43,418 nucleotides of DNA, taken from the sequence record SRR20825010_2783; one strand, given 5' to 3'. The notes beneath the pieces are model-generated. The model did no database searches and was not told the DNA's origin. It was given only the letters and a program-made list of their open reading frames with translations. Shown in pieces: positions 18,835-28,994 of the stretch. A program made the translations under genes and the position numbers. The number at the start of each line of letters is the position of its first letter. Positions within the stretch are counted from its first letter, which is position 1.

Positions 18835-20874
18835 ATGTTCAACCCTCTCAGATCAATCAAGACCCTGCGCGACAAACAATTGATACGTCGTGCACGCGTG
18901 ATGTTTGAGCAAGGGGAAAGGGCGGCTGTAGTCAAGCTCATCGGCTCGCTCGCGGCAAAAGCGTCGCCCCGGCCAGATGCTGTGACCCTTGTGGTGCGCG
19001 CGCTTCGGCAGATGCAGGACCACACGGCAGCCAGCCGGTATCTCGCCCCTGCGCTCATCGCTTGGCCAAACCACACAGGCCTGTTGTTTCAGCAAGCATC
19101 TTTACTCCTTGAAATGGGCGACGCCCAAGCGGCCTTAGATTTATGCCACACCAAGGAAGCCGCACTTTCCAAACACGCTGGTTATAGCCGCCTGCTTGCA
19201 GCGTGCGAAAATGGTGCAAAACTGCAAGCTGTGCTTGGCACCACAAGCCTGATGGCTGAAATCAATGACCTTGAGAATTCAGGGAAATGGCCAAAGGTCG
19301 CTGATATCCTGTGGCCAATATGGCAGATGAAACATCCTTTCGATATCCCCACGCTCTATAGCAAGCTGGCCACCGGGCTCAGGCATGCCTTCCGCTTCAA
19401 AGACGCCCACGAGGTGATCAGGGGCGGGCTTGAAACGCTGGCTGACACCCATGAGCTTGAAGTTGCGCTTGGGGAACTGTTGATGGCGGAACGCAAGTGG
19501 GTGAGTGCAGCCAAACAGTGGCGCAAGGCTATTGAGCTGGCTCCAAACAACCCCGTGCCCGGTCTCTATATCCGGCTTGCCGACGCGTATTTGAACGGGG
19601 GTGAGAGTGCGCTGGCTAAAAGCGCTATTGAAGAAGGCTTGGGGCAGCATCCCGGTCAGGATTCCCTCCTCAAAAAACAGGTCCATGTGGCGTTCAACTC
19701 AAAAGCATGGGCGCAAGCGCTTGAGCGCGCCGAAGCACTCCCACCAGAGCTTAAAGGCGAACCTGCCATCCAGACTCTTATGGCTGAAGCCCGGTTTGAG
19801 CTTGCCTCCCCTATCGCAGAGCAAGCCTATGACCTGATTGGCACTGGCCAGCCTGATGAGGCCAAAGCGAAGTTCGCGGAGGCGCTTGATACCAGCGGCC
19901 TCAACGCCTCAAAAGCTGAATGGACGGAAGCTTTTTCTGCACTCTGTAATCTTTCCGCGCCACACACCGATGCTGAACCGTTAAGGCAATACCCGCCTGC
20001 GCTGCAGAAAATCATGGTCGCTGGCACGGGCTGGTCGGGTTCCGGGGCGCTTTATGATTTCTTCCGCGAATTTGAAGCGGTCGAGCCTGTGCATGGTGAG
20101 TTTCGTCATATTGAGCACAGCGAAGGCCTGCACGGCATCAAGCGCAAACGACCACTGGTGCCTCACGCGACCGCCTTTTTCGCAAAAATCGCATCAGGCC
20201 TTGCAACATACGATAACAAAAGCGGTTATATTCCGGTGCAGTCTGCGCGTTGGTGCGCGCTGAAAGACCAGCCCACCTATGCAGCCGCAACTGCGACCTT
20301 CCTCAAAACATACGGCGCGTTTGTGCATCACGGCAGGAAAGACCCGTCCAGCCTTCACGCCGCTACAAATGCGCTCATTGATGCCGTGATCGGCGCCATT
20401 ATGGGCCGCAAACCTGAGCATGAGAAAACCTTCCTGCTTGATAACGTTATCCACTGCCAGAATGTGGCCTTGAGCGAATATCTGGAAAACTTCCACTATT
20501 TCGCTGTGTTTCGTGACCCACGCGCGCAGTTCGCGGCCAATATGGCTGAAAACCCGAACTTCCACGGTGATGTGCAGCGTTTCATCAAAAGCTACCGTGA
20601 TTATCGCCTGAAATTCGAGAGACAACGAGGCACCACATCCCTCCGGGGCGGCGAAATTACTGTCGTCCAATTTGAGGAATTTGTGCTATCCGAAGACTAT
20701 CGCATGGCACTTGCGGATCTTTTGAACATTGGCCCGCACCTATTGAAACATAAGTATTTTGACCCCGACGTTTCCGGCCGCAACGTGCGACTTCATGACG
20801 CCTATGCCGACAAGGCTGCACTCAGGCAGATTGAGGAAGCCCTGCCGGAATTTCTGTGGGAAGAAAAACAGTAA
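18835..20874 (+). CDS. TPR-repeat protein with C-terminal sulfotransferase-like P-loop domain
   Basis: Helical TPR repeats (LGELLMAERKWVSAAKQWRKAIELAP), then VAGTGWSGSGALYDF, VFRDPRAQF, VQFEEF. Start uncertain (ORF open from 18625). Confidence 0.72.
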   Translation: MFNPLRSIKTLRDKQLIRRARVMFEQGERAAVVKLIGSLAAKASPRPDAVTLVVRALRQMQDHTAASRYLAPALIAWPNHTGLLFQQASLLLEMGDAQAALDLCHTKEAALSKHAGYSRLLAACENGAKLQAVLGTTSLMAEINDLENSGKWPKVADILWPIWQMKHPFDIPTLYSKLATGLRHAFRFKDAHEVIRGGLETLADTHELEVALGELLMAERKWVSAAKQWRKAIELAPNNPVPGLYIRLADAYLNGGESALAKSAIEEGLGQHPGQDSLLKKQVHVAFNSKAWAQALERAEALPPELKGEPAIQTLMAEARFELASPIAEQAYDLIGTGQPDEAKAKFAEALDTSGLNASKAEWTEAFSALCNLSAPHTDAEPLRQYPPALQKIMVAGTGWSGSGALYDFFREFEAVEPVHGEFRHIEHSEGLHGIKRKRPLVPHATAFFAKIASGLATYDNKSGYIPVQSARWCALKDQPTYAAATATFLKTYGAFVHHGRKDPSSLHAATNALIDAVIGAIMGRKPEHEKTFLLDNVIHCQNVALSEYLENFHYFAVFRDPRAQFAANMAENPNFHGDVQRFIKSYRDYRLKFERQRGTTSLRGGEITVVQFEEFVLSEDYRMALADLLNIGPHLLKHKYFDPDVSGRNVRLHDAYADKAALRQIEEALPEFLWEEKQ

Positions 20875-20911
20875 ATCCAGAACACAAAAAGACGATCAGG
20901 GACTATAGATA

Positions 20912-22210
20912 ATGCCGACAGTTTATATGGGGATGAGCGCAGACCTGCTGCACCCGGGCCACGTGAATATTATCAGGAAAGCGGCCGAGCTTGGTGATCT
21001 CACCATCGGCCTGCTGACCGACAGCGCCATCGCAAGTTACAAGCGCCTGCCCTTCCTCACCTATGAGCAGCGCAAAAGCGTGGTGGAAAACATCAAGGGC
21101 GTGGTGCGCGTTGTACCGCAGGAGACACTCAATTATGAGCCCAACCTGCGCACCTATAAACCCGAAATCGTTGTGCATGGGGACGACTGGAAAACAGGCG
21201 TGCAGCAAAGAACCCGCGCGCGGGTTATTGAAGTGCTGGCGGAATGGGGCGGCAAGCTGGTTGAGTTTCCCTATACCGAAGGCATTTCCTCAACCCAGCT
21301 TCACGGCAGCATCAAGGAAGTGGGCACCACCCCGGACATCCGCCGCCGCACGCTTAAACGCCTGATCGACGCCAAGCCTATCGTGCGCATCATGGAAGCC
21401 CACAACGGCATCTCCGGCCTTATTGTTGAGCATGCCAAGGCTTCCAGCGAGGGCCGCACGCTTGAGTTTGACGGCATGTGGGGCAGCAGCCTCACGGAAT
21501 CCACCGTGAAGGGCAAACCCGATATCGAAGTGGTGGATATCTCCACCCGGCTCTCAACCCTGAATGAGATTTTTGAGGTCACCACCAAGCCGCTGATTTT
21601 TGATGGCGACACTGGCGGCAAGCCCGAACATTTTGCCTTCACGGTGCGCTCGCTGGAACGTCTCGGCGTCTCCGCCGTTATTATCGAGGACAAGGTCGGC
21701 TTGAAGAAAAATTCCCTGTTCGGTAATGACGTGGCACAGCAGCAAGCCAGCATAGAAGATTTCTGCGACAAGATCCGCACCGGCAAGGCTTCTCAGGTTA
21801 CCCGTGACTTCATGATCATCGCGCGCATTGAGAGCCTGATCCTTGATCAAGGACTTGAGGATGCCATCACGCGGGCAAAAGCCTATCTGGAGGCCGGAGC
21901 AGACGGCATCATGATCCACAGCCGCCAGAAGTCTCCTGACGAGATTTTCGCTTTCTGCGAGATGTATGCAGCACTGGACACAGACAAACCGCTCGTGGTG
22001 GTGCCTTCAAGCTTCAATGCGGTTTATGAGCATGAACTGCAGGAACGCGGCGTGAGAATCGTTATATATGCCAACCAGCTTCTGCGCGCGGCGTACCCCA
22101 GCATGATGAAGGTGGCTGAAAGCATCCTCACCCATGGAAGGTCGGCGGAAAGCAGCGAGCTTTGCATGCCAATCAAGGAAATCCTCGACCTGATACCCGG
22201 GACACGCTGA
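20912..22210 (+). CDS. aepX: Phosphoenolpyruvate mutase with N-terminal cytidylyltransferase domain
   Basis: N-terminal DLLHPGH (HxGH) and GISST CyTase motifs; PepM-specific [10 protein letters not shown] (EDKx5NS); DGDTGG. Confidence 0.97.
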   Translation: MPTVYMGMSADLLHPGHVNIIRKAAELGDLTIGLLTDSAIASYKRLPFLTYEQRKSVVENIKGVVRVVPQETLNYEPNLRTYKPEIVVHGDDWKTGVQQRTRARVIEVLAEWGGKLVEFPYTEGISSTQLHGSIKEVGTTPDIRRRTLKRLIDAKPIVRIMEAHNGISGLIVEHAKASSEGRTLEFDGMWGSSLTESTVKGKPDIEVVDISTRLSTLNEIFEVTTKPLIFDGDTGGKPEHFAFTVRSLERLGVSAVIIEDKVGLKKNSLFGNDVAQQQASIEDFCDKIRTGKASQVTRDFMIIARIESLILDQGLEDAITRAKAYLEAGADGIMIHSRQKSPDEIFAFCEMYAALDTDKPLVVVPSSFNAVYEHELQERGVRIVIYANQLLRAAYPSMMKVAESILTHGRSAESSELCMPIKEILDLIPGTR

Positions 22211-23337
22211 TGATTGAACCGCAGGAATTTTATACAGAGCTGCAACGGGCCGGGGTGTCGTTTTTCACCGGTGTACCAGATTCACTGCTCAAAAGTTTTT
22301 GCGCCTATGTCACCGACACCATGCCGTCGGAGCAGCATATCATTGCCGCGAATGAGGGTGGCGCTGTAGGCATCGCCCTTGGCTATCATATGGCCACAGG
22401 GCAGGTACCGCTCGTCTACATGCAGAACTCAGGCCTTGGCAATATCGTCAACCCTGTGCTCTCGCTGGCGGACAGGGAAGTATACGCGACCCCCATGCTG
22501 CTGCTTATCGGCTGGCGCGGCCAACCCGGTGTGAAAGACGAACCACAGCACGTGAAACAGGGTCGTGTGATGTGCGCCATGCTGGATGCCATGGAAATCC
22601 CCTTCGCCAACATCGGGCATGACGGTGCGAGCGCCAAGGCGGCGCTGGATGGTGCGCTCAAGTATATTTCCGAACATAACGCACCTTATGCGTTGCTGGT
22701 CGAAAAAGGCGTCTTCGCTGACTATAAACTCGCCAGCACCGTTGAAGACCTGCCCATGACACGGGAAGATGCCATCAAGGCTGTCATCAGCACCCTACCG
22801 ATTGATGCCGCCGTGGTTGGCACAACAGGCATGGCATCACGCGAGCTGTTTGAAGCGCGCGCGCACAAAGGCACCGGCCATCACCGGGATTTCCTTACCG
22901 TTGGTGGTATGGGGCACGCGTCGCAAATCGCCCTTGGCATCGCGCTTAACCAGCCTGACCGCACCGTTGTGTGCCTTGATGGTGACGGCGCAGCGCTCAT
23001 GCATATGGGGGCCATGGCCATTATCGCGAACCAGGCACCAGATAACTTCATTCATGTTGTGATCAACAACGGGGTACACGGCTCTGTGGGCGGCCAACCA
23101 ACCGTGGCGCGCGATATCACCATGCCCAGCATAGCCGAAGGCTGCGGCTATAAGGCTGTGCATAGTGTGGATACAGAGGCCGCGCTTGTTGCGCTGCTGG
23201 GTGGCGGCCTGCCTTGCCCCGCCTTCATTGAGGTCAATGTGAAACAGGGGCACCGTGCAGACCTCGGGCGGCCCACGTCCAGCCCACAGGAGAACAAGGC
23301 TGAGTTTATGCGCTTCCTGAAAGGCAGCCAAAACTGA
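22210..23337 (+). CDS. aepY: Phosphonopyruvate decarboxylase
   Basis: FTGVPDSLLK, ANEGGA, QNSGLGN, DEPQH, TTGMASREL, DGDGAALMHMG; TGATG coupling to pepM. Confidence 0.96.
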   Translation: MIEPQEFYTELQRAGVSFFTGVPDSLLKSFCAYVTDTMPSEQHIIAANEGGAVGIALGYHMATGQVPLVYMQNSGLGNIVNPVLSLADREVYATPMLLLIGWRGQPGVKDEPQHVKQGRVMCAMLDAMEIPFANIGHDGASAKAALDGALKYISEHNAPYALLVEKGVFADYKLASTVEDLPMTREDAIKAVISTLPIDAAVVGTTGMASRELFEARAHKGTGHHRDFLTVGGMGHASQIALGIALNQPDRTVVCLDGDGAALMHMGAMAIIANQAPDNFIHVVINNGVHGSVGGQPTVARDITMPSIAEGCGYKAVHSVDTEAALVALLGGGLPCPAFIEVNVKQGHRADLGRPTSSPQENKAEFMRFLKGSQN

Positions 23338-24437
23338 TGACAGACCAGAAGCAAATATCATGGGCAGAGCTGGGACGGGATTACCTGAGCCACGCCCGTG
23401 GTATATTTCTGGTTGCTGGCACCGGGTCTTTCTCTGCCTCCGGCGCTAAAGCCAAGTTCAGCGCCGTGAGTGGTGACATTCCAGCGGTGCGCTTCTCGGA
23501 CTTTACAGAAAACCCGCAGTTGAGCGAGATCAGCGCGGGTGTAAGGCTTTTTGAGAAAAGTGGTTGCGACGTTATTGTGGCCATTGGTGGCGGCAGCTCA
23601 ATTGATATTGCCAAATCTGTCCATATTCTCGCGGGCCACGCGACCAGCGAGCATGCAGCCATACTCAGGGGCGAAAAAGACCTCGAACCCGCAGTGGCAG
23701 GGCGCGCGTTTATCGCCGTACCCACGACCTTTGGCACGGGATCGGAAAGCACGCAGTTTGCAGCCGTATATATCGGGGATGCCAAATACTCGCTTTCGCA
23801 CCCATGCGGTCTGCCGGGCGCCTATGTGTTAGACCCGGCCCTTGCGCTATCCGCACCCGCCGTCATTCGCGCGAGCACCGCGATTGATGCACTTTGCCAG
23901 GCCATCGAATCTTACTGGGCGAAAGATGGCAGCAAGGAAAGCCGCGCTTACGCAGCCAAAGCCATCCCGCTGCTTCGGGATAATATTGAGGCTTATGTGA
24001 GCAGCGATGACTTGGATGTTGCCGCTAACATGGCAGAGGCCGCCAACCTGTCTGGCCGCGCCATCAACATCTCAAAAACCACAGCGCCGCACGCGCTCTC
24101 TTACGGTATCACCAAGCGATACGGCGTGGCCCATGGTCAGGCCGTGGCGCTTACCCTGCCTGCCTTTTTTACCCTGAACGCAGACCGCGGGGACGCTGAC
24201 ACCAAGGCCCGCATGCGAGAGATATTTGACCTTCTTGGCGTCAAGGACGGTGCAGCGGCAAAAGTCTGGTTTACCGGTCTTCTGACTGCAACCGGCCTGA
24301 AGACACGCCTGCTCGATATCACCTCCGTCAGCGCAGATGACGCGGAAGAGCTTGCCGCCCAAGTCAACCTTGAGCGGCTTGGCAATCACCCGGTGACCCT
24401 TACAAGCAACGACCTGATCGCAGCGCTGCTGGCCTAG
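23337..24437 (+). CDS. Phosphonoacetaldehyde reductase (iron-containing alcohol dehydrogenase, PhpC/FomC-like)
   Basis: AIGGGSSIDIAK, PTTFGTGSE, DALCQAIESYW, INISKTTAPHALSY, HGQAV; translationally coupled to ppd. Confidence 0.9.
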   Translation: MTDQKQISWAELGRDYLSHARGIFLVAGTGSFSASGAKAKFSAVSGDIPAVRFSDFTENPQLSEISAGVRLFEKSGCDVIVAIGGGSSIDIAKSVHILAGHATSEHAAILRGEKDLEPAVAGRAFIAVPTTFGTGSESTQFAAVYIGDAKYSLSHPCGLPGAYVLDPALALSAPAVIRASTAIDALCQAIESYWAKDGSKESRAYAAKAIPLLRDNIEAYVSSDDLDVAANMAEAANLSGRAINISKTTAPHALSYGITKRYGVAHGQAVALTLPAFFTLNADRGDADTKARMREIFDLLGVKDGAAAKVWFTGLLTATGLKTRLLDITSVSADDAEELAAQVNLERLGNHPVTLTSNDLIAALLA

Positions 24438-24521
24438 GCCAGCTTCAATTATACTGAGTTGTCATACAAGCTAAACATGGGCGCTGTAGCCAAAGGCCGA
24501 TTATCGTTTGCAGGAAAGCCG

Positions 24522-25703
24522 ATGCCGCAGCACCCAAGCACCACCAATATTCGCACAGCGCTTCGCACGCTATGGCCGCTTTTTGCGGCTGTTGCTGCAT
24601 TTGTCGCAGCGGGTAGCCTGCAAAACGCACTGGTAGCCTATGACCTCGCGCAGGCGGGTGCGTCTTCCCTGATGACGGGCGTTGTGATGTCTGCCTATTT
24701 TGCCGGTTTTTTGCTGGGCGCTTATACAGCACCACGGCTCGCGGCCCGGCTTGACCTTGCACGGCTCTTTCTCATCATCACCGCCCTTTATGCACCGTGT
24801 ACGGCGCTGTTTGCGCTCGCAGGCAATATGCTGCCGGGGCTGATAGTATTGCAGATGGCCACCGGGTTCGGTATCGCCTGCCAATATGTGGTGATTGAAA
24901 GTTGGCTCAACCTTGAAGCTAACAGCAGCTACCGCGCGCGGCTCTTTGGCACCTATATGTTTTTCTGGTTCTTTGGTGCTGGTGGCGGCCCGCTCCTTAT
25001 TGGGCTGCACCCTATAGGGCATGAACCCTTGTTCCTGCTCGCAGCCGGGCTTGTCGCCTTTTCTGGCCTTATGCTCCATCGGCTCAAAGATAAAGCCTGG
25101 CGGGGGGCTATTTCGCTCCCCATGCCGCTCAGGCCGGTGCTGGAGGCCAGCCCTTCCGGTTTTTGCGCAACGCTGCTGGTGGGGGTAAGTTTCGGTGCCG
25201 TGCTGGGCCTAACCGCCGCCTACGGGCAGCACAACGGCCTGAGCCCGACTGAAACGTCGTTTTTTGTTGCAGCGTTCATCTTTGGGGGTGGTCTGACCCA
25301 ATATATGGCGGGCGCGCTTTCTGACCGGCTGGACCGTCGCCTTGTGTTGACAGTCTTCACCTTCCTCGCCGCGCTCAGCGCGCTGCTTCTGCTTAACGCA
25401 AATACCAAGCTGGGCGTGATGGCATGCGCCACCGCGTTTGGCGCGTTCGCCCTGCCCATCTATGCACTTGCTGTTGCGCAAATTCAGGACAGCGTGGCAG
25501 AGGACAGGCGCATCGCCACCAGCGGCGGGCTTTTGATCCTGAACGGGTTCGGGTCCTTTATCGGGCCGCTTGTGGTTGGCGGCATGAGTGGCTGGTGGGG
25601 CGACGCAGCGCTTTTCATCACCCTTGCGCTTGTGCATTCAGCTATCGGCGGCATTTACCTCTGCCGTTTGCTTGTTCGTCGGTTGCGGCCTGTGGCCGTC
25701 TAG
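24522..25703 (+). CDS. MFS transporter (YcaD-like)
   Basis: MSAYFAGFLLG, YVVIESWLN, GALSDRLDRR motifs; about 12 TM. Start ATG 24522 follows AGGA (ORF open from 24459). Confidence 0.88.
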   Translation: MPQHPSTTNIRTALRTLWPLFAAVAAFVAAGSLQNALVAYDLAQAGASSLMTGVVMSAYFAGFLLGAYTAPRLAARLDLARLFLIITALYAPCTALFALAGNMLPGLIVLQMATGFGIACQYVVIESWLNLEANSSYRARLFGTYMFFWFFGAGGGPLLIGLHPIGHEPLFLLAAGLVAFSGLMLHRLKDKAWRGAISLPMPLRPVLEASPSGFCATLLVGVSFGAVLGLTAAYGQHNGLSPTETSFFVAAFIFGGGLTQYMAGALSDRLDRRLVLTVFTFLAALSALLLLNANTKLGVMACATAFGAFALPIYALAVAQIQDSVAEDRRIATSGGLLILNGFGSFIGPLVVGGMSGWWGDAALFITLALVHSAIGGIYLCRLLVRRLRPVAV

Positions 25704-25768
25704 CGATTGACCCTTTCATGAAAAATATGGCAGCACTACAGGACCCCTAATTTCGGAGTAGATGTTTT

Positions 25769-26353
25769 ATGCCCAAGCTCGGCATGCAGCCCATCAGGCG
25801 GCAGCAATTGATTGACGCGACGATCCGCACCATCGCTCGTGTGGGATACTCTGAAACAACCGTGAGCCGGATTGCAAAAGAAGCCGGGCTTTCCGCCGGT
25901 ATTATCTCGCATTATTTTGGGGGCAAGCAGGCGCTTCTTGAAGCCAGCATGGCGCGGGTATTGTTTGAGCTGCATGATGCTTTCCTCAAACACCTTGAGG
26001 AGGCCACGAGCCCCCGCGAGCGGCTATCTGCGATCATCGATACAAATTTTGAGGATGACCAGTACAAACCCGAAATTGTGCGGGCGTGGCTTTCCTTCTG
26101 GGCGCAAGTGCCCTTCTCACCGGAGCTGAAACGCCTGCAGGCCATTTATAACCGACGCCTGATTTCAAACCTCGCGCATGAGCTTCGCCAGATTGTGCCC
26201 GTGGACGCCGCGCGCGACGGCGCGGAGATATTCGCCTCCCTCATCGACGGCTTCTGGTTGCGCTCTACCATGGCCGAGGCAGCACCGAACTTGCCCGAAA
26301 TCAGACGGCAGATCGAACAGAGCATCGACCGTTATATCCGCGCCATGGCCTAG
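25769..26353 (+). CDS. betI: Choline-responsive TetR-family repressor BetI
   Basis: MPKLGMQPIRRQQLI..GIISHYFGGK..WLSFW..RLQAIYNRRLISNL..LIDGFWLR, characteristic of BetI. Confidence 0.95.
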   Translation: MPKLGMQPIRRQQLIDATIRTIARVGYSETTVSRIAKEAGLSAGIISHYFGGKQALLEASMARVLFELHDAFLKHLEEATSPRERLSAIIDTNFEDDQYKPEIVRAWLSFWAQVPFSPELKRLQAIYNRRLISNLAHELRQIVPVDAARDGAEIFASLIDGFWLRSTMAEAAPNLPEIRRQIEQSIDRYIRAMA

Positions 26354-26521
26354 CCACATACCGCGCCACACCTCCGCCGCAAAAACGCGCACACTCGCGC
26401 CGCACTTTCACGCACACTTTCGCCACACATGCCACACTTCCCTGAGTGCTAAAGCCCGCAAAAGCTACCGCGCCAAGCCTCACACGCCAAGGCTGGTAGC
26501 CCACGGCAAAGTTTTGCAGAT

Positions 26522-26550
26522 GTCTCATATTTCCGTCACCAAACCGTAAT
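26522..26550 (+). promoter_or_regulatory. Putative Pho box (PhoB site), three units with 11-bp period
   Basis: GTCTCAT-ATTT-CCGTCAC-CAAA-CCGTAAT compared with consensus CTGTCAT-N4-CTGTCAY; upstream of the TBDR-phoD operon. Confidence 0.6.
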
Positions 26551-26579
26551 GAATTCAGCGCATTAAGGCTGCGGCAGAC

Positions 26580-26607
26580 TTTTTATTGAATGATTGTTCA
26601 ATAAAAA
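26580..26607. promoter_or_regulatory. Putative BetI operator
   Basis: TTTTTATTGAA-TGATTG-TTCAATAAAAA with perfect 11-bp arms; ATTGA-N8-TCAAT fits BetI-type sites; betI lies just upstream. Confidence 0.8.
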
Positions 26608-26643
26608 GGGGCATCAATTTTATCATTTCAAGGGCGCAGAATT

Positions 26644-28980
26644 ATGACAGTTAACATGACAAAAAAAATGCTACTGGGGGCGTGCAGTCTTTTTGCCGTT
26701 TCCGCTGTAGCACACTCGGAGGAAACTGCTGCGGACGCCTATGCGGATGACGCTGGCGTTGAAGAAATCGTTGTTTCTGCAGAGAAAACCACCTTCGCGA
26801 ACAACGCAACAGACAGCATCATGCGAGACCAGGAGCCTGATGCAGCAAGCGTGCTTTCCGTGATCGATAACCTGCCGGGCATTTTTGTTTCTGAAGGCGG
26901 TACCTTCGGCTCTGATGACTGGTCCACCACCCTGTCCATCCGTGGTTTCACTGTAAGTCTTTCAGAACAACAGGTTGGCATGACAATCGACGGTCTGCCA
27001 AACGGTAACTCCAACTATGGCGGCGGCGCAAAAGCCAACCGCTATATCGATAGCGAAAACCTCGCGCGCGCTGTGGTATCGCAGGGCACTGCCGATATCG
27101 CCTCCCCTTCCCACGAGGCGCTTGGCGGCACCATCGATTTTGTTACCAGCAACCCATTTGAAGAACAGCGTTTCTGGGCCAGCCTGAGCGTGGGTGAAAA
27201 CAACGCACAGCGGTATTTCTTCCGCTATGACACCGGTGAAATTGCTTCCGGTACAAGGGCTTACCTCAGCTACTCCAACACCACAAACGATGCCTGGATT
27301 GGTGATGCTGGCGGCACAACACGGGACCACTTCGCTGCAAAAATTGTGTCTGAGCAGGACGAATGGACCTTCACCGGTCGCCTGTCATGGGACGATACCC
27401 ACGAGAATAACTACCAGCGTATCTCGCTCGCCCAGTTTGAAGAAGACCCGGATTGGGACCGCCTGACAGACACCATCACCGGCATTCCGTATGTTGATCA
27501 GGTTTATCGTCCGGGCTGGGGCACGCTGCGCGAGAACTGGTTTGCCTATGTAAAAGCGGAATATGAGGGCGATAATTTCGACTTCACCGTTGCGCCTTAC
27601 TATCACAAAAACGAAGGTCGCGGCGACTGGATCCCGCCTTACCTTGTTGCAGTAGCCGGTGGTGACACACAATCGAACGGCACCATTTTTGGCGGAAGCG
27701 CAGCGGCTTCATATACTTATACGGACTCGAACGGCACGCCACTTGCGCCAATCGACGGCTGCACAGCCACCCTCACCTTCCCTTATGGCGGGGGCGCACC
27801 AGCCAACAACCCGGCATGTTATCAGGCAGGTGCTATCCCTGTTGGTTCATACCGTCACACCCACTACGCCAAAACCCGTATCGGCGCGACGGCTGACGCC
27901 GCATACCGCATTGGCGAGATGAACACGCTTCGTGCTGGTATCTGGTGGGAAAATTCAGACCGTGACGAATCGCGCGACTGGCACAAAGTCATTGATTCTA
28001 CGGTAGGAATCGAATTTGACGAGACAGCCTACTGGCGTCAGTATGACCGAAACTTCGTAACCGACACCTTCATGGCTTATGCAGAAGACACGTTTGAGCT
28101 GGGTGATCTGACCCTGCGCGGCGGCGTGAAAAAGTTCTTCGTTGACCTTGAGCGGAACGACAATTTCGGCTCTGAAGCCACACAGTCGCTCGAGTCCAAT
28201 TCTGATCTTCTGTTCACCGCCGGTGCGATCTATAACCTGACAGACGACTTTGAAGTGTTCGCCGGTTTCTCGCAAAACTTCGCGGCGATCAAGGACGGTA
28301 TCATCGAAGGTCAGGCAAGTGCGACAAACCCGAACATCCCTGACCTTGAAGGCGAAACCGCCGACAACTACGACATGGGGTTCCGCTTCAATAATGACTG
28401 GCTGCGCGCGACGCTCACCGGTTATTACATCAAGTTCAACAACCGCATCACCTTTGTATCCGAAGGCGATCCGGTTGGCGGTGTTGACTACCTTGAAGAA
28501 GGTGAAGGCACATACCTGAACGTGGGCGGCATCAAGTCTAAAGGTATTGAGGCCAGCATCTCTGCTGACTTTGCCAGCTACTGGAACCTCTATAGCTCCC
28601 TCACCATCAACAGTTCTGAGTATACCGAAACCACAGCAGAGGTTGTTGAAGGCAACAAAGTGGCCCTCGCTCCCGAGTTCCAACTTGTTGGCACGCTCAG
28701 CTACTTCAAGGACGGTGTGCGGGCAGGTGTTTCCGCCAAGCATGTTGGCGAACGTTATGGCGATTTTGCCAATACGCAGGAGCTGCCATCTTTCACGCTG
28801 GTTGATGCATGGGTTGGTTACACCGTGGACGAGAATGTCATCCCCGGTATCCAGACCATTGATGTGAGCCTGAACATCACCAACCTCACCAACAAGAACT
28901 ACCTTGGTGGTGGTACGCCGGGCTCATATTTCATCGGCGCTGATCGCCAGGTCACCGCAAACCTGACGCTCAAGTTCTAA
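26644..28980 (+). CDS. TonB-dependent receptor
   Basis: Signal peptide, EEIVVSA TonB box, LSIRGF..TIDGLP plug, NITNLTNKNY, terminal LKF. Confidence 0.93.
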   Translation: MTVNMTKKMLLGACSLFAVSAVAHSEETAADAYADDAGVEEIVVSAEKTTFANNATDSIMRDQEPDAASVLSVIDNLPGIFVSEGGTFGSDDWSTTLSIRGFTVSLSEQQVGMTIDGLPNGNSNYGGGAKANRYIDSENLARAVVSQGTADIASPSHEALGGTIDFVTSNPFEEQRFWASLSVGENNAQRYFFRYDTGEIASGTRAYLSYSNTTNDAWIGDAGGTTRDHFAAKIVSEQDEWTFTGRLSWDDTHENNYQRISLAQFEEDPDWDRLTDTITGIPYVDQVYRPGWGTLRENWFAYVKAEYEGDNFDFTVAPYYHKNEGRGDWIPPYLVAVAGGDTQSNGTIFGGSAAASYTYTDSNGTPLAPIDGCTATLTFPYGGGAPANNPACYQAGAIPVGSYRHTHYAKTRIGATADAAYRIGEMNTLRAGIWWENSDRDESRDWHKVIDSTVGIEFDETAYWRQYDRNFVTDTFMAYAEDTFELGDLTLRGGVKKFFVDLERNDNFGSEATQSLESNSDLLFTAGAIYNLTDDFEVFAGFSQNFAAIKDGIIEGQASATNPNIPDLEGETADNYDMGFRFNNDWLRATLTGYYIKFNNRITFVSEGDPVGGVDYLEEGEGTYLNVGGIKSKGIEASISADFASYWNLYSSLTINSSEYTETTAEVVEGNKVALAPEFQLVGTLSYFKDGVRAGVSAKHVGERYGDFANTQELPSFTLVDAWVGYTVDENVIPGIQTIDVSLNITNLTNKNYLGGGTPGSYFIGADRQVTANLTLKF

Positions 28981-28994
28981 GTTTCGAAGCAACT

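Noticed and set aside
20912-24437. Fosfomycin or phosphinothricin antibiotic cluster
   Set aside because: Only the shared early HEP steps are present; no radical-SAM methyltransferase, epoxidase, HEP dioxygenase or resistance kinase.
26353-26445. CRISPR array
   Set aside because: Repeats are 6-9 nt, degenerate and irregularly spaced; no cas genes.
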